DNA from: Zygophlyctis sp. KS116
Lineage: Eukaryota > Fungi > Chytridiomycota
Direction of reading: 5' to 3'
DNA: 14,183 bases
Assembly (NCBI GenBank): GCA_054661495.1
Contig: BAAFSQ010000255.1
Span: 1-14,183 of the forward strand
Position 1 is the stretch's first letter. Each line of letters opens with the position of its first letter. The notes below the pieces were generated by a model. The model was not told the origin of the DNA and ran no database searches. It saw only the letters and a program-made list of their open reading frames with translations. Of the stretch, positions 1 through 9,175 are shown one piece after another. A program made the translations under genes and the position numbers.

Positions 1-123
1 CTTAAAGGTTATAAAAAAGTTATAAGAATTTTCTTAAAGGTTATAAGAAAGTTATAGAAATTTCTTAAAGGTTATAAGAAAGTTATAAGAATTTTCTTAA
101 AGGTTATAAAAAAGTTATAAGAA
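1..123. repeat. Tandem repeat (minisatellite), about 3.9 copies of a 31-32 bp unit, possibly continuing beyond the left edge
   Basis: Units start at 1, 33, 64 and 96; consensus CTTAAAGGTTATAA(G/A)AAAGTTATAAGAATTTT; frame 1 closes at TAG and the peptide is not recognisable. Confidence 0.95.
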
Positions 124-176
124 GTAGAGTACTTAAGGATCACTTTAGGCTTGGGCGTTTTTTTTCAAAGAAATTG

Positions 177-611
177 ATGAATCCAGAAAAACTTGCTCAG
201 CTACAGGCATCTGTGCGTATTGGAGGAAAGGGAACTCCCAGAAGAAAAGTTAAAAAGGTTTCTCATACAAGCGGAGGTGATGATAAGAAATTACAATCGG
301 CTCTAAAGAAACTAAATGTTCAAGCCATTGGTGGAATTGAAGAAGTTAATATGTTCAAAACAGATGGTCATGTGATTCACTTTGCTGCTCCAAAAGTTCA
401 TGCCTCGATCGCTTCAAATACATTTGTGATTTATGGTCAAGGGCAAAATAAGGAATTGACTGAATTGATCCCTGGAATTATACCACAAATGGGTCAGGAA
501 GCTCTTTCAGAAATTAGAAAAATGGCTGAAGCATATCAAAAGACTGGTGGTAAATTAGAAGTTCCAAAGGAAGATGATCAAGTTCCTACTCTAGTAGAAA
601 GTTTTGAATAG
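177..611 (+). CDS. EGD1: Nascent polypeptide-associated complex beta subunit (BTF3/Egd1), 144 aa, intronless
   Basis: [36 protein letters not shown] and [16 protein letters not shown] are NAC-beta signatures. True ATG is at 177; the ORF track starts at TTG 174. Confidence 0.96.
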   Translation: MNPEKLAQLQASVRIGGKGTPRRKVKKVSHTSGGDDKKLQSALKKLNVQAIGGIEEVNMFKTDGHVIHFAAPKVHASIASNTFVIYGQGQNKELTELIPGIIPQMGQEALSEIRKMAEAYQKTGGKLEVPKEDDQVPTLVESFE

Positions 612-646
612 AAAAAAACACGATTTTTTACTCTTGATAAATTTGA

Positions 647-1783
647 ATGAAGGCACTGATTTTAGTTGGAGGTTATGGGACTAGACTTCGTCCACTGACA
701 TTTACAAAGCCAAAACCGCTGGTAGATTTTGCTAATTCTCCAATGATTTTGCATCAAATTAAAGCATTGGTAGAAGTTGGCGTTACTGAAATTGTTTTGG
801 CAGTTAATTATCAACCAGAAGTAATGCTTTCAGCAATGCATCAAGTAGAAGAAAAATATGGAGTCAAAATTACTTTTTCGATAGAGTCTGAACCTTTAGG
901 GACGGCTGGGCCTTTAAAGTTGGCGGCGGATATCTTGACGGCGGATGGGAATAAAACGTTTTTTGTACTCAATTCAGATGTTATTTGTGAATTTCCTTTC
1001 AAGGAATTACTTGAATTTCATTTGGGTCATAATGGAGAAGGAACTCTAATGACTACAACTGTTGAAGATCCTTCAAAGTATGGTGTTGTCTTATCAGTTA
1101 AAGATTCAACCTTGATTGATAAATTTGTTGAAAAACCAAAAGATTATGTAGGTAATGCAATTAATGCAGGGATTTATGTATTTAATACAAGTATATTATC
1201 TAGAATTCCTGATAAGCCTACATCAATTGAAAAGGAAATCTTTCCTCCAATGGCGGCTGAAAAACAACTTCATTCTATTCCACTTAAAGGATTCTGGGCA
1301 GATGTTGGTAAGATTACTTTTTAAGAAAATAGGGCAACCAAGAGATTTTTTAACTGGAACAGCACTATATTTGGAATCTTTACGTTTAAAAAATCCAGCT
1401 AGTTTACAGACTGGAAAAAACATTATTGGGAATGTTATTATTGATCCTACAGCTAAAATTGGAAATAATTGTAGAATTGGTCCAGATGTCACGATTGGAC
1501 CTAAAGTTGTTGTTGGTGATGGAGTCAGGCTAAAATCTAGTGTCTTGATGAAGGAATGTCAGATTAAAGATGTAAGTTTTAAAGGACTGAATTTAAGAAT
1601 GCATGGGTGAATAATTCTATTATTGGATGGTATTCTTCAGTTGGAAGATGGGCAAGAGTTGATAATGTTTCTGTACTTGGTGAGGATGTCCATGTTAAAG
1701 ATGAAATCTTTGTTAACGGGGGATCAGTGCTACCTCATAAATCTGTGGGCGAGAATATTATGGAACCGAGAATTGTAATGTAA
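647..1783 (+). CDS. PSA1: Mannose-1-phosphate guanylyltransferase (GDP-mannose pyrophosphorylase), 361 aa; exons 647-1307, 1333-1571, 1598-1783
   Basis: [18 protein letters not shown] nucleotidyltransferase motif, [15 protein letters not shown]-terminal hexapeptide repeats ending [15 protein letters not shown]. Removing GT-AG introns 1308-1332 (25 nt) and 1572-1597 (26 nt) restores WADVG|QPRDFL and IKD|[11 protein letters not shown]. Confidence 0.96.
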
Positions 1784-1830
1784 GATCGCGTATCTTCTTA
1801 ATAAATTCCGATTTACTCTTTTTTCTAGAT

Positions 1831-2202
1831 ATGGTATATCTCGTCCATTAATCTCGTTAGGCAGAAGTAGAAGAGACTATTAAACGTTTAGCAGGTCATA
1901 AAGGAGTTGAAGGCATTGTTGTTGTTAATATGGAAGGAATTCCAATTAGAACTACTCTTGACCATGAAAGAACTGTACAGCATGCTGCATTACTAACTCA
2001 GCTGACGGCCAAGGCCAAGAGTGTCATTCGAGACTTGGATCCTCAGGTACTTGGAACGCGTTAATCATTAGAATGACTTGACTTTTTTGAGAATTCGATC
2101 TAAAAAGCATGAAATTATGGTAGCACCTGGTAATTTTTCTTGATTTGATTGTAAGATAAGGACTATATTTTGATAGTTTTACAAAATCCACAAAAAATGT
2201 AA
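1831..2202 (+). CDS. DYNLRB: Dynein light chain roadblock/LC7, 97 aa; exons 1831-1833, 1861-2046, 2072-2129, 2156-2202 (absent from the ORF track)
   Basis: Spliced product [97 protein letters not shown] closely matches roadblock-type light chains. Introns 1834-1860 (27 nt), 2047-2071 (25 nt), 2130-2155 (26 nt). Confidence 0.95.
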
Positions 2203-2219
2203 TCTCTATGTACCATCTT

Positions 2220-3395
2220 TTAGAATGAAGCTGGTTGAATCCAAAAAGGACCATAAGGAACTTCTAATAAATCATCAGATTTCATCCATTCATGTAGGGA
2301 TATTGAATTATTACTTGCCATTTTTGAAAGCATATTCCACGCTCTCTGTGATTCTAAATTATAATCACTTGAGATCCAACTGATTGCCTTTAAATAATGA
2401 AAAAGAGACCACATCTGCGGCTTTTTTTTCAAGACGGTTACATAGTAAGCATGTGCATTTTTAGCGCATACAAGTCTAGTATTTTCATTAGAGTATAATC
2501 GAATCCTAGATAAGTGAATATCTCCCAATTTAATCAGAATTTCCAAATTCCTAGGCTCAATTTGTGAAGCTTTTGTAAGGTACTCTAGTGCCTCTGAATA
2601 CAAATTGACTGATTGAGAAGTTTTAGAGATTTGAAAAGCTAAATCAGCCCAAGAAATACATAAATCAGCTCGATCGCATAATCCTTGTATATGATTTGGT
2701 TGCCTATTTAGAACATTGTCAATATATCCTAGAGAATTTGAAAACAAATCTGAATCCAAAACTCCTGTAATCTGAAAAAGTTTAAAGGCGATTATATGAT
2801 AACTTTCCGCAATCCTTAAAATTACATCAGACTCTGAAGACTCGTGATAAATAGCAGATATTGACTTGAAGGTTTCTTGAATGTAAGTGATATCATTGGA
2901 ATACTCCATAATTGAATTTAAAATTTCAATCCGTAGTATTAACTGATCAGTCTCTGAAACAGTCAAAGTTTCACTGTTTCTTGATTGAACTTCCTTGATC
3001 TGATCTAAATACCATACTGCTTCATTCAACTTTATAATATCTGGTTGAGACTTTGTAACCAAAGAATGTATGGTTTGTGCAATATTGAATAAAACATCTA
3101 CATTTTCAGATTCTACAGATGCAAGTTTTAAAAACTTTTCTAATGCTTGAGATAGCCAAATGCAAGCTTCATGATTACTTGTCTCTGGATTTTTGAATTC
3201 TGAAAGTATAAATAAAATGCGAGCCCAACTGCTCAAAACTTGTGGTAGATCTTGTTCATTTTCATTAATTTGAGAATAAATTTCGCATGATCGAATGTAG
3301 AACCTTTTCGCTTTCTCACCATCAACATATCTATCCCCTTTTTCTTCTAGTTCCTGTGCATTCTCTAGTAGTTGTTCAAGTTGATCTAATTCCAT
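2220..3395 (-). CDS. TPR-like all-helical protein, 391 aa, function unknown
   Basis: Long uninterrupted ATG-started ORF with TPR-like segments (LYSEALEYLTKASQIEPRNLEILIKLGDIHL; ENVDVLFNIAQ). The N-terminal EEKGDRY..EKAKRFY resembles, from memory, an uncharacterised fungal TPR-like family (UPF0656-like, unverified). Confidence 0.75.
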   Translation of the reverse strand: MELDQLEQLLENAQELEEKGDRYVDGEKAKRFYIRSCEIYSQINENEQDLPQVLSSWARILFILSEFKNPETSNHEACIWLSQALEKFLKLASVESENVDVLFNIAQTIHSLVTKSQPDIIKLNEAVWYLDQIKEVQSRNSETLTVSETDQLILRIEILNSIMEYSNDITYIQETFKSISAIYHESSESDVILRIAESYHIIAFKLFQITGVLDSDLFSNSLGYIDNVLNRQPNHIQGLCDRADLCISWADLAFQISKTSQSVNLYSEALEYLTKASQIEPRNLEILIKLGDIHLSRIRLYSNENTRLVCAKNAHAYYVTVLKKKPQMWSLFHYLKAISWISSDYNLESQRAWNMLSKMASNNSISLHEWMKSDDLLEVPYGPFWIQPASF

Positions 3396-3511
3396 TAAAC
3401 CCTAAATTAAAGAGAATTTGTCTGTTGTTTGATCCTTAGAGCCATGGATACTTTACAAGGGGCCAGAAATTATTCAGTGTAAGGAACGATGCAGAGGGAT
3501 TAATGGATAAA

Positions 3512-3529
3512 CGGACAAATATTCGTCCG
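3512..3529. promoter_or_regulatory. Near-perfect 18-bp palindrome CGG-N12-CCG in a divergent promoter, candidate TF site
   Basis: CGGACAAATATTCGTCCG (one mismatched pair) in the 190-bp spacer between the divergent TPR and glycosyltransferase genes. Confidence 0.3.
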
Positions 3530-3585
3530 ATCGTGAAATTCCCCGTTTTTAGACGCGCTGCAATCAGTAGAATTCATTGCATTAC

Positions 3586-5510
3586 ATGTTTCGCAAGAAT
3601 AGCTTACTGCTGCTATTCCTCTTTTCTGGAATCACATTTTTAAACCTTTTTATGCTAACAAAAAATATGAATATGATTCATGATAAAAAAGTCTCGGCAC
3701 CAGTTGAAAGTATTCCAGTTAAGTCCGATAGACCTGAAACTACTGTAGAATTATCAATAGTTGCTGCATGCATGGATAGAAATGACGACTTGATAAAAAC
3801 GGTTGATTCTTGGCTTGGTTCGTTAAGTCGAACCAAAATTTCTGCTGAAATTATTATAGTTGATTGGTCATCTAAAGAATCAGTTCAGAAAACTCTCAAA
3901 GTCAATAATATAATTGATTCAAGATTAATACACGTTCAAGTAGTTGGGCAATCAAAGTGGATTCTATCAAGTGCATATAATATTGGAGTTAACTTTGCTT
4001 CCACATCTAAAAATCTTTTAAAGTTGGATTGTGATACATTTATTGAAAATAATTTCTTTCTAGTTCATCAAATAGCAAATGATTCATTTTACGCTGGAAA
4101 TTTTAGAATGGCTGAAACGGAAAACGACATGCATTTAAATGGTGTAGTAATGCTTCCAATCAACGCATTTATGAGCGTTGGAGGTTATGATGAGAGGATT
4201 CAAACTTATGGTTTTGATGATGATAATTTGTATGAAAGATTAGTGGATAATGGATACAAAAGAAATGATTTCTATAAAGGATATTTAAAACATTTGCAGC
4301 ATAATGATAGACAAAGATCTTTGAATCAGCCAGAATTACAAGATGATTTAGATATGGAAAATCACTTAAATCATGCTGCATTAGGAATGTTGCCAAAATG
4401 GACTCGAATGAATCAAAAAACCATATACTCTTCTAGAAAAATCAATAATAATCATCATGTAGTATCAATTGATACGATACCTCCTTCTATCAGAAAAATA
4501 ATTAAACAAGGAGACATTGATTATATTCGATTTCAATATTGTCTTAGGAAATTAAAACAATTAGGACTTCCTAAATCAATGCTGAATAACCGAGGTGATT
4601 TGTCAAATTACAAAAAACTTTTAAAGACTTATTCAAAAGGACCAATGATTATTATTGATGTTCAACATGGTACTTTTTATAAACTTAATTTTTAGGACTG
4701 GGAAATCGTCTTCGATCTCTGGCATCTGCCGCAATAATAGCAAAGAAATCTGGACGGCATTTAAGAATTATTTGGAAGCCTGATCATCATTGCAAAGCGT
4801 CTTTTTATGATCTCTTTGACAAGAGTCAAAATTTTGATGTCTACGATTCCATTGATAAAAAAGAATTATCCAATTCTCAAATTAAAGTCTACAACTATAT
4901 GGAGCCTGAAAAGGGAGCCATAAAGTATGAAAAAATTGAAGCGGATTCAGACAAGCACATCTATGTCAAGAGTGCATACATCTTATCAAACAAACTTGTC
5001 AAAGAAACACACATTTCCTCATTTTTAAAACAACTCATTCCTTCAGAACCTGTTCAAAGGATTTTAGATTCATATCCAGATATTTCTGACTGTATTGGCG
5101 TTCATGTCCGAAATAAATCGCCCAATGGTGAAATAAAGTTGAAGCCCAATGAATATCCTAAAGATGGATGGAATGATCTATCTAAATATCGCAAAGCATC
5201 AAATATAGATGTGTTCATTAGGAAAATGCAAGAAATTATAGATGATGATCCGACTGCATGTTTTTTTGTTTCAGCGGACTCAGAAAAGAGTAAAACGTCA
5301 ATTCAAAGTAAATTTGGGACTGGTCGTGTATGGATACTAGAAGGATCTTGTGATGATCGGAGTGTTAGATGTCTGCATGAAGCACTAGCAGAATTATACA
5401 TTTTGGGTAGAACAAGAGCAATATTGGGTAGCTTTTGGAGCTCATTTTCAGAAGTTGCAGGATTTTTAGTAGGAAAACGGCCACTTTACGCAGGAAAAGA
5501 TTTCATTTAA
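3586..5510 (+). CDS. Predicted type II membrane bifunctional glycosyltransferase: GT-A (GT2/GT7-C-like) domain plus C-terminal fucosyltransferase-like GT-B domain, 632 aa; exons 3586-4669, 4696-5510
   Basis: N-terminal hydrophobic anchor (LLLLFLFSGITFLNLFML); GT-A motifs IIIVDWSS, LKLDCD (DxD) and GGYDERIQTYGFDDDNL. The 26-nt intron 4670-4695 joins QHG|LGNRLRSLASA in frame with ORF 4899-5510, which has GVHVR, FFVSADS and ELYILG...LGSFWSSFS (alpha-2/alpha-6/O-fucosyltransferase superfamily motifs I-III). Confidence 0.85.
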
Positions 5511-5518
5511 TTTATAAA

Positions 5519-5830
5519 TTATTGCTTTTTGATTGATCGCAACTGTTTCTTCTTCATTCTTTTGAGTTTTCCAGCAGATACTTTCTGGATCACTTCTGCC
5601 TTTCTTTCATTCTCTGCTTTTCTTGCCATTCTTTGTTCTTTTAGAGCTTTTGCAATTTCTGCCTCTTGTTCTGCTTGTGCCACATTTTCCCTCTTGATCA
5701 ATTGCAAGATTTCCCTATTCTTCCTTTCCTTTTGCTGTCTCTCCCATCCCCTTTTGCTTACGATGCTTGAACTTGATCTTTTAGTCTGAAGAGTCTTCCA
5801 ATCTCTTCCTGATACACAATTCCCCTTCAT
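5519..5830 (-). CDS. CGR1: Cgr1/CCDC86-like nucleolar rRNA-processing coiled-coil protein, about 103 aa
   Basis: SGRDWK, WERQQKER, ENERKAEVIQKVSAGKLKRMKKKQLRSI match the Cgr1 family pattern. ATG 5830 is preferred because the 5935 start overlaps the DIS3 CDS. Confidence 0.82.
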   Translation of the reverse strand: MKGNCVSGRDWKTLQTKRSSSSIVSKRGWERQQKERKNREILQLIKRENVAQAEQEAEIAKALKEQRMARKAENERKAEVIQKVSAGKLKRMKKKQLRSIKKQ

Positions 5831-5894
5831 TCTTTGATAAGATTTAAAAAATTTTACTTGCGCCCTACAACTCAATTGTAATAATGTTTTTATT

Positions 5895-8800
5895 TCAAAT
5901 CTTGAGTTTTTTATTAGGTTGTTGAATTTTTTCATCTTGTTCTGGTAGACTAAAGCCTGGCATGATTGGATCTGTCAAAATTAGTTTTAATTTACTCCTT
6001 TGAGCTGCAGCAATTCCTGCTTCTTCTATTGAAATTTGAACTTGCACTTTATCAAAAAGTTTGATAGTGATATTTTCCCAAGTTAAATGAGTTGTGGAAG
6101 ATTGAAAGTTGAAAGATGCCGTGTCGAGGGAATGGGCATACACAATTCCTTCAATTCCATAAGTAGGAATAATAACATTAAATCCATTCTTTAAAATTCT
6201 GATGACATAGGCAGTTTCTTTAAGTTTCTTGTCTTTAAAGAATAGATTAGTATATAATTCTACGGATGATCTTGAAGCCTGTTGGGCCATTTGATGTCGA
6301 TAATTTAAGACTCGGCACATTTCTTCACTCTTGATTTTATCCATAAAATCTGCACTAGTTTTTTTCTCGTAACCAATGGATGCTGCAAGTAATCTATGAA
6401 CTACCAAATCGGCATATCTTCTAATAGGAGATGTAAAATGAGTGTAAATTTCAGACGCTAAACCGTAATGACTATTTTTAATTTGAAAAAAAATACCGAT
6501 ATTCAGGTTCAGATATAGTACCTGAACAAAAATAGACAGCTTGCATCATGCATCGAGTCGTCATGATTCTGACCAGATTGTTGAAATAGGGGTCAGAAGT
6601 AATCTACACATTGATAAAATCAAATCTTACATTAATAGAATCAAGGGAATCTGCCAGACTTTTTGAATTTGTAGCATTTAAAGAAAACCCTTTTTCAAAT
6701 AAGGACTTTTGTAGAGCTTCAAAATTCGTTATCGGGGGTTGAGGATGTCGACTTATTGAGTTAGAAAATTATCCTTACCGTAAGACAGAGGATTCGGGGT
6801 AGCTTTTATGAATTTGTTTTGCTACATAAATATTGGCCAACAACATAAACTCTTCTACCAAAGCGTTCGCATCTTTCAATTCTTTCATTTCCACATCTAC
6901 AGGATCTTGAGAATCCTTTTCTAATTTGAATCGCACTTCTGGCGATGCTAAGGTGAGAGCTCCTCGTGCAATACGACCTGCACGAAGCTTTTTAGCAATT
7001 CTATTTAAAACCTTAATTCCTTTAGATATTGAGTCATCCATTTTTGGATCATCCAATCTAGCTTGTGCTTCATCATAAGTTAAAGAGGCCTTGGAGCGAA
7101 TAATGCTTTTGGTAAAGCGAACATTAATTATTTCCATTTTAGGACTAATTTCCCAAATGCAAGAAAAGGATAATCGATCGACATTACATCTCAGAGAACA
7201 CAGATTTGTACCCAGCAGCGAAGGAAGCATATCAATTCTCTTGTCGACTAAATAGACTGTTGTTCCTCGACGCTGAGCTTCCAAATCCATTTCATTCGCC
7301 GGTTTTACAAAATGGCTAACATCTGCTATATCTTATGTTTAAGCTAAAAAATCTTACGGACACCGACTTCATAATTTCCATTATCCAGAATTAAGGCATG
7401 CAACGCATCATCAATATCTGTACAGCCTGGAGGATCTATACTACAAATATCTAAGTGACGAAAATCTTCTCTATTTATCAAATCTTCATCACGAACAACC
7501 CATGATTCCCCTTCAGCCGGTAAAAAGCTCAGAACCTTTTGAGAAAATGGACTGAATGGAACATCATGCTCGAGTAGTAATACTTCTGTTTCTGTTGATC
7601 TTTCTCCAACGTCTCCCAAAACTCGCACGAAATGCCCAGAAGGATACCTAATATTAACAGTGAATTTAATACCTGGAGTGTTTATCCCAAGAATCAATAG
7701 AAACAATTACCCGCTTTCCCAACAAAGATAACGCTTGTCTGGTTCTTATTCTGATTTTTGGAATACGACGGTCCATTGCCCAAAAGAAGACAAACTGCGC
7801 AGATGTAGTACTGGGAGTCAACTTTACAGATGATTTATCTATTGTTCCACAGTATGGTCTCCATTTTCTTTTTATGACACCAACTATTCTCCCAGTAGGC
7901 TTTAAAGACTCGGCTTTTGTTGTATTTAAATTTGATTCCACCAACGCATCTAATGAATCTTTTTTAAACCCTTCAGCATCTTCTTCTGCATCCTCTTGTT
8001 TTTCCATTACTTCTTCCTCTACAGCTATCGAAATATCTTCTTGCCATTCTGATTCGGGAAAAACTTGCATCGCTACAATGTCCCCATGAACTGCACGATT
8101 TAAATTCTCTCTCCCTATTATCCGAACAGTAGTCTCAGTCCCATTCCATTTGACAAACATTGAACCCTCCAAAAAGTTATGATTACTAATTGAAAGTGTT
8201 CCTTGATGAAATGCACCAGATTTTAATCCAGCCGAAATTTGACTTGAAGTCAAGTGATCATGATATCTAAAGATTTCCTTTTCAATATCATCTTCAGAGG
8301 CAGCAATCATATCAATCAATTCAGGATATTCTGTTTTGGATTCAACATATTTTTTTACTATTTTTAAGAAACTTTTCTTGTACCTGAAAAAACATCCAGA
8401 CCTTCCTTTTCACCCAACATACGATTTTCCACATCATCAGTCACCAAAACTACCGAGTAGTCAATTGGAATATGATTTTTATACCATTGAACAGCCATTC
8501 GAATCGCTAAGATAAGCATAATTCCAAAAATACCTTGATCATTCCTATCATTAATGCTCTGTGACTTTTGCTTTTTAATATATGTTTGACTATTATCAAT
8601 TAGAAGTAATTCATACAAGTGATGTTCATTAGAGAAAACATAAAATCTTTTTTCAGGATCAGCAATAAGAGCTCTAATCCGATTATACACAGCCAAGCTT
8701 CTATTTCTTAATTCTTCCAGGGTAGTTTGAAGCACAACCACATTATATATTGCTTTATGCTCCATTATATCAACCTGATGATACAGAATATTTGTATCAG

Positions 8801-8966
8801 GAATCATAATTTCCTTTTGATCAGTTGTAAGTGTTGTTGCATGATCCGGACAATGATTGCATTCTGGTATCCCACAGTATATATCATCCCGCAAGTAATG
8901 CTCTTTAACAACCTTGATTACAGATCCTCTTTTAGTTTTCCGAATAAACGACTTTGAAGAGAGCAT
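5895..8966 (-). CDS. DIS3: Exosome catalytic subunit DIS3/RRP44 (PIN, CSD, RNB, S1), 953 aa; 9 exons: 8966-8617, 8589-8534, 8506-8384, 8357-7673, 7647-7358, 7331-6779, 6751-6631, 6603-6497, 6471-5895
   Basis: [14 protein letters not shown] (CR3); PIN motifs PDTN, DRND, TDD; RNB motifs [47 protein letters not shown]. Eight GT-AG introns (8590-8616, 8507-8533, 8358-8383, 7648-7672, 7332-7357, 6752-6778, 6604-6630, 6472-6496; 25-27 nt) give a continuous 954-codon frame. Confidence 0.97.
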
Positions 8967-9175
8967 CAAATTCAATCAGGGCTCAAAAGTGGCGTAAAGA
9001 TCTTGTTATATTTTGACTGTTTGAGTGTTTACTATAGTGTGCATTAGCTTAAAGCCTTTTAGTAATCTTGGAATAATAACGATCATGATATATTTACATG
9101 AAATCACCACTGCTATCACCACTTAGAGTGGCCAATGTCTGAAAATGGAATTTGTTTAGGTGTTGATTAGTAAAA

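Noticed and set aside
1-123. CRISPR array or telomere
   Set aside because: Units are head-to-tail with no unique spacers, the context is eukaryotic, and there is no short G-rich telomeric unit
1780-1830. GTAAGA at 1780 plus pyrimidine tract and TAG at 1828 as a PSA1-roadblock fusion intron or trans-splice acceptor
   Set aside because: 49 nt is off the length norm, the splice is out of frame with roadblock, and the equivalent spacer before PSA1 has no AG acceptor
2056-2061. MCB-like ACGCGT inside roadblock intron 2 (also ACGCG-like words at about 1787 and 3553)
   Set aside because: Single short words with no clustering at cell-cycle genes; cannot be distinguished from chance
647-5510. GDP-mannose pyrophosphorylase plus fucosyltransferase-like gene as a glycan biosynthetic cluster
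   Set aside because: They are separated by unrelated genes, no GDP-fucose synthesis or transporter genes are present, and PSA1 is a universal housekeeping gene; proximity is probably chance
5831-5935. N-terminal extension of CGR1 overlapping the DIS3 3' end
   Set aside because: The ATG lies within the DIS3 CDS, the extension has no family-like character, and it spans the DIS3 AATAAA and a likely promoter island
647-8975. Frameshifted pseudogenes or programmed frameshifting in PSA1, the glycosyltransferase and DIS3
   Set aside because: Every break is resolved by a 25-27 nt GT-AG intron that restores conserved motifs and the expected protein length
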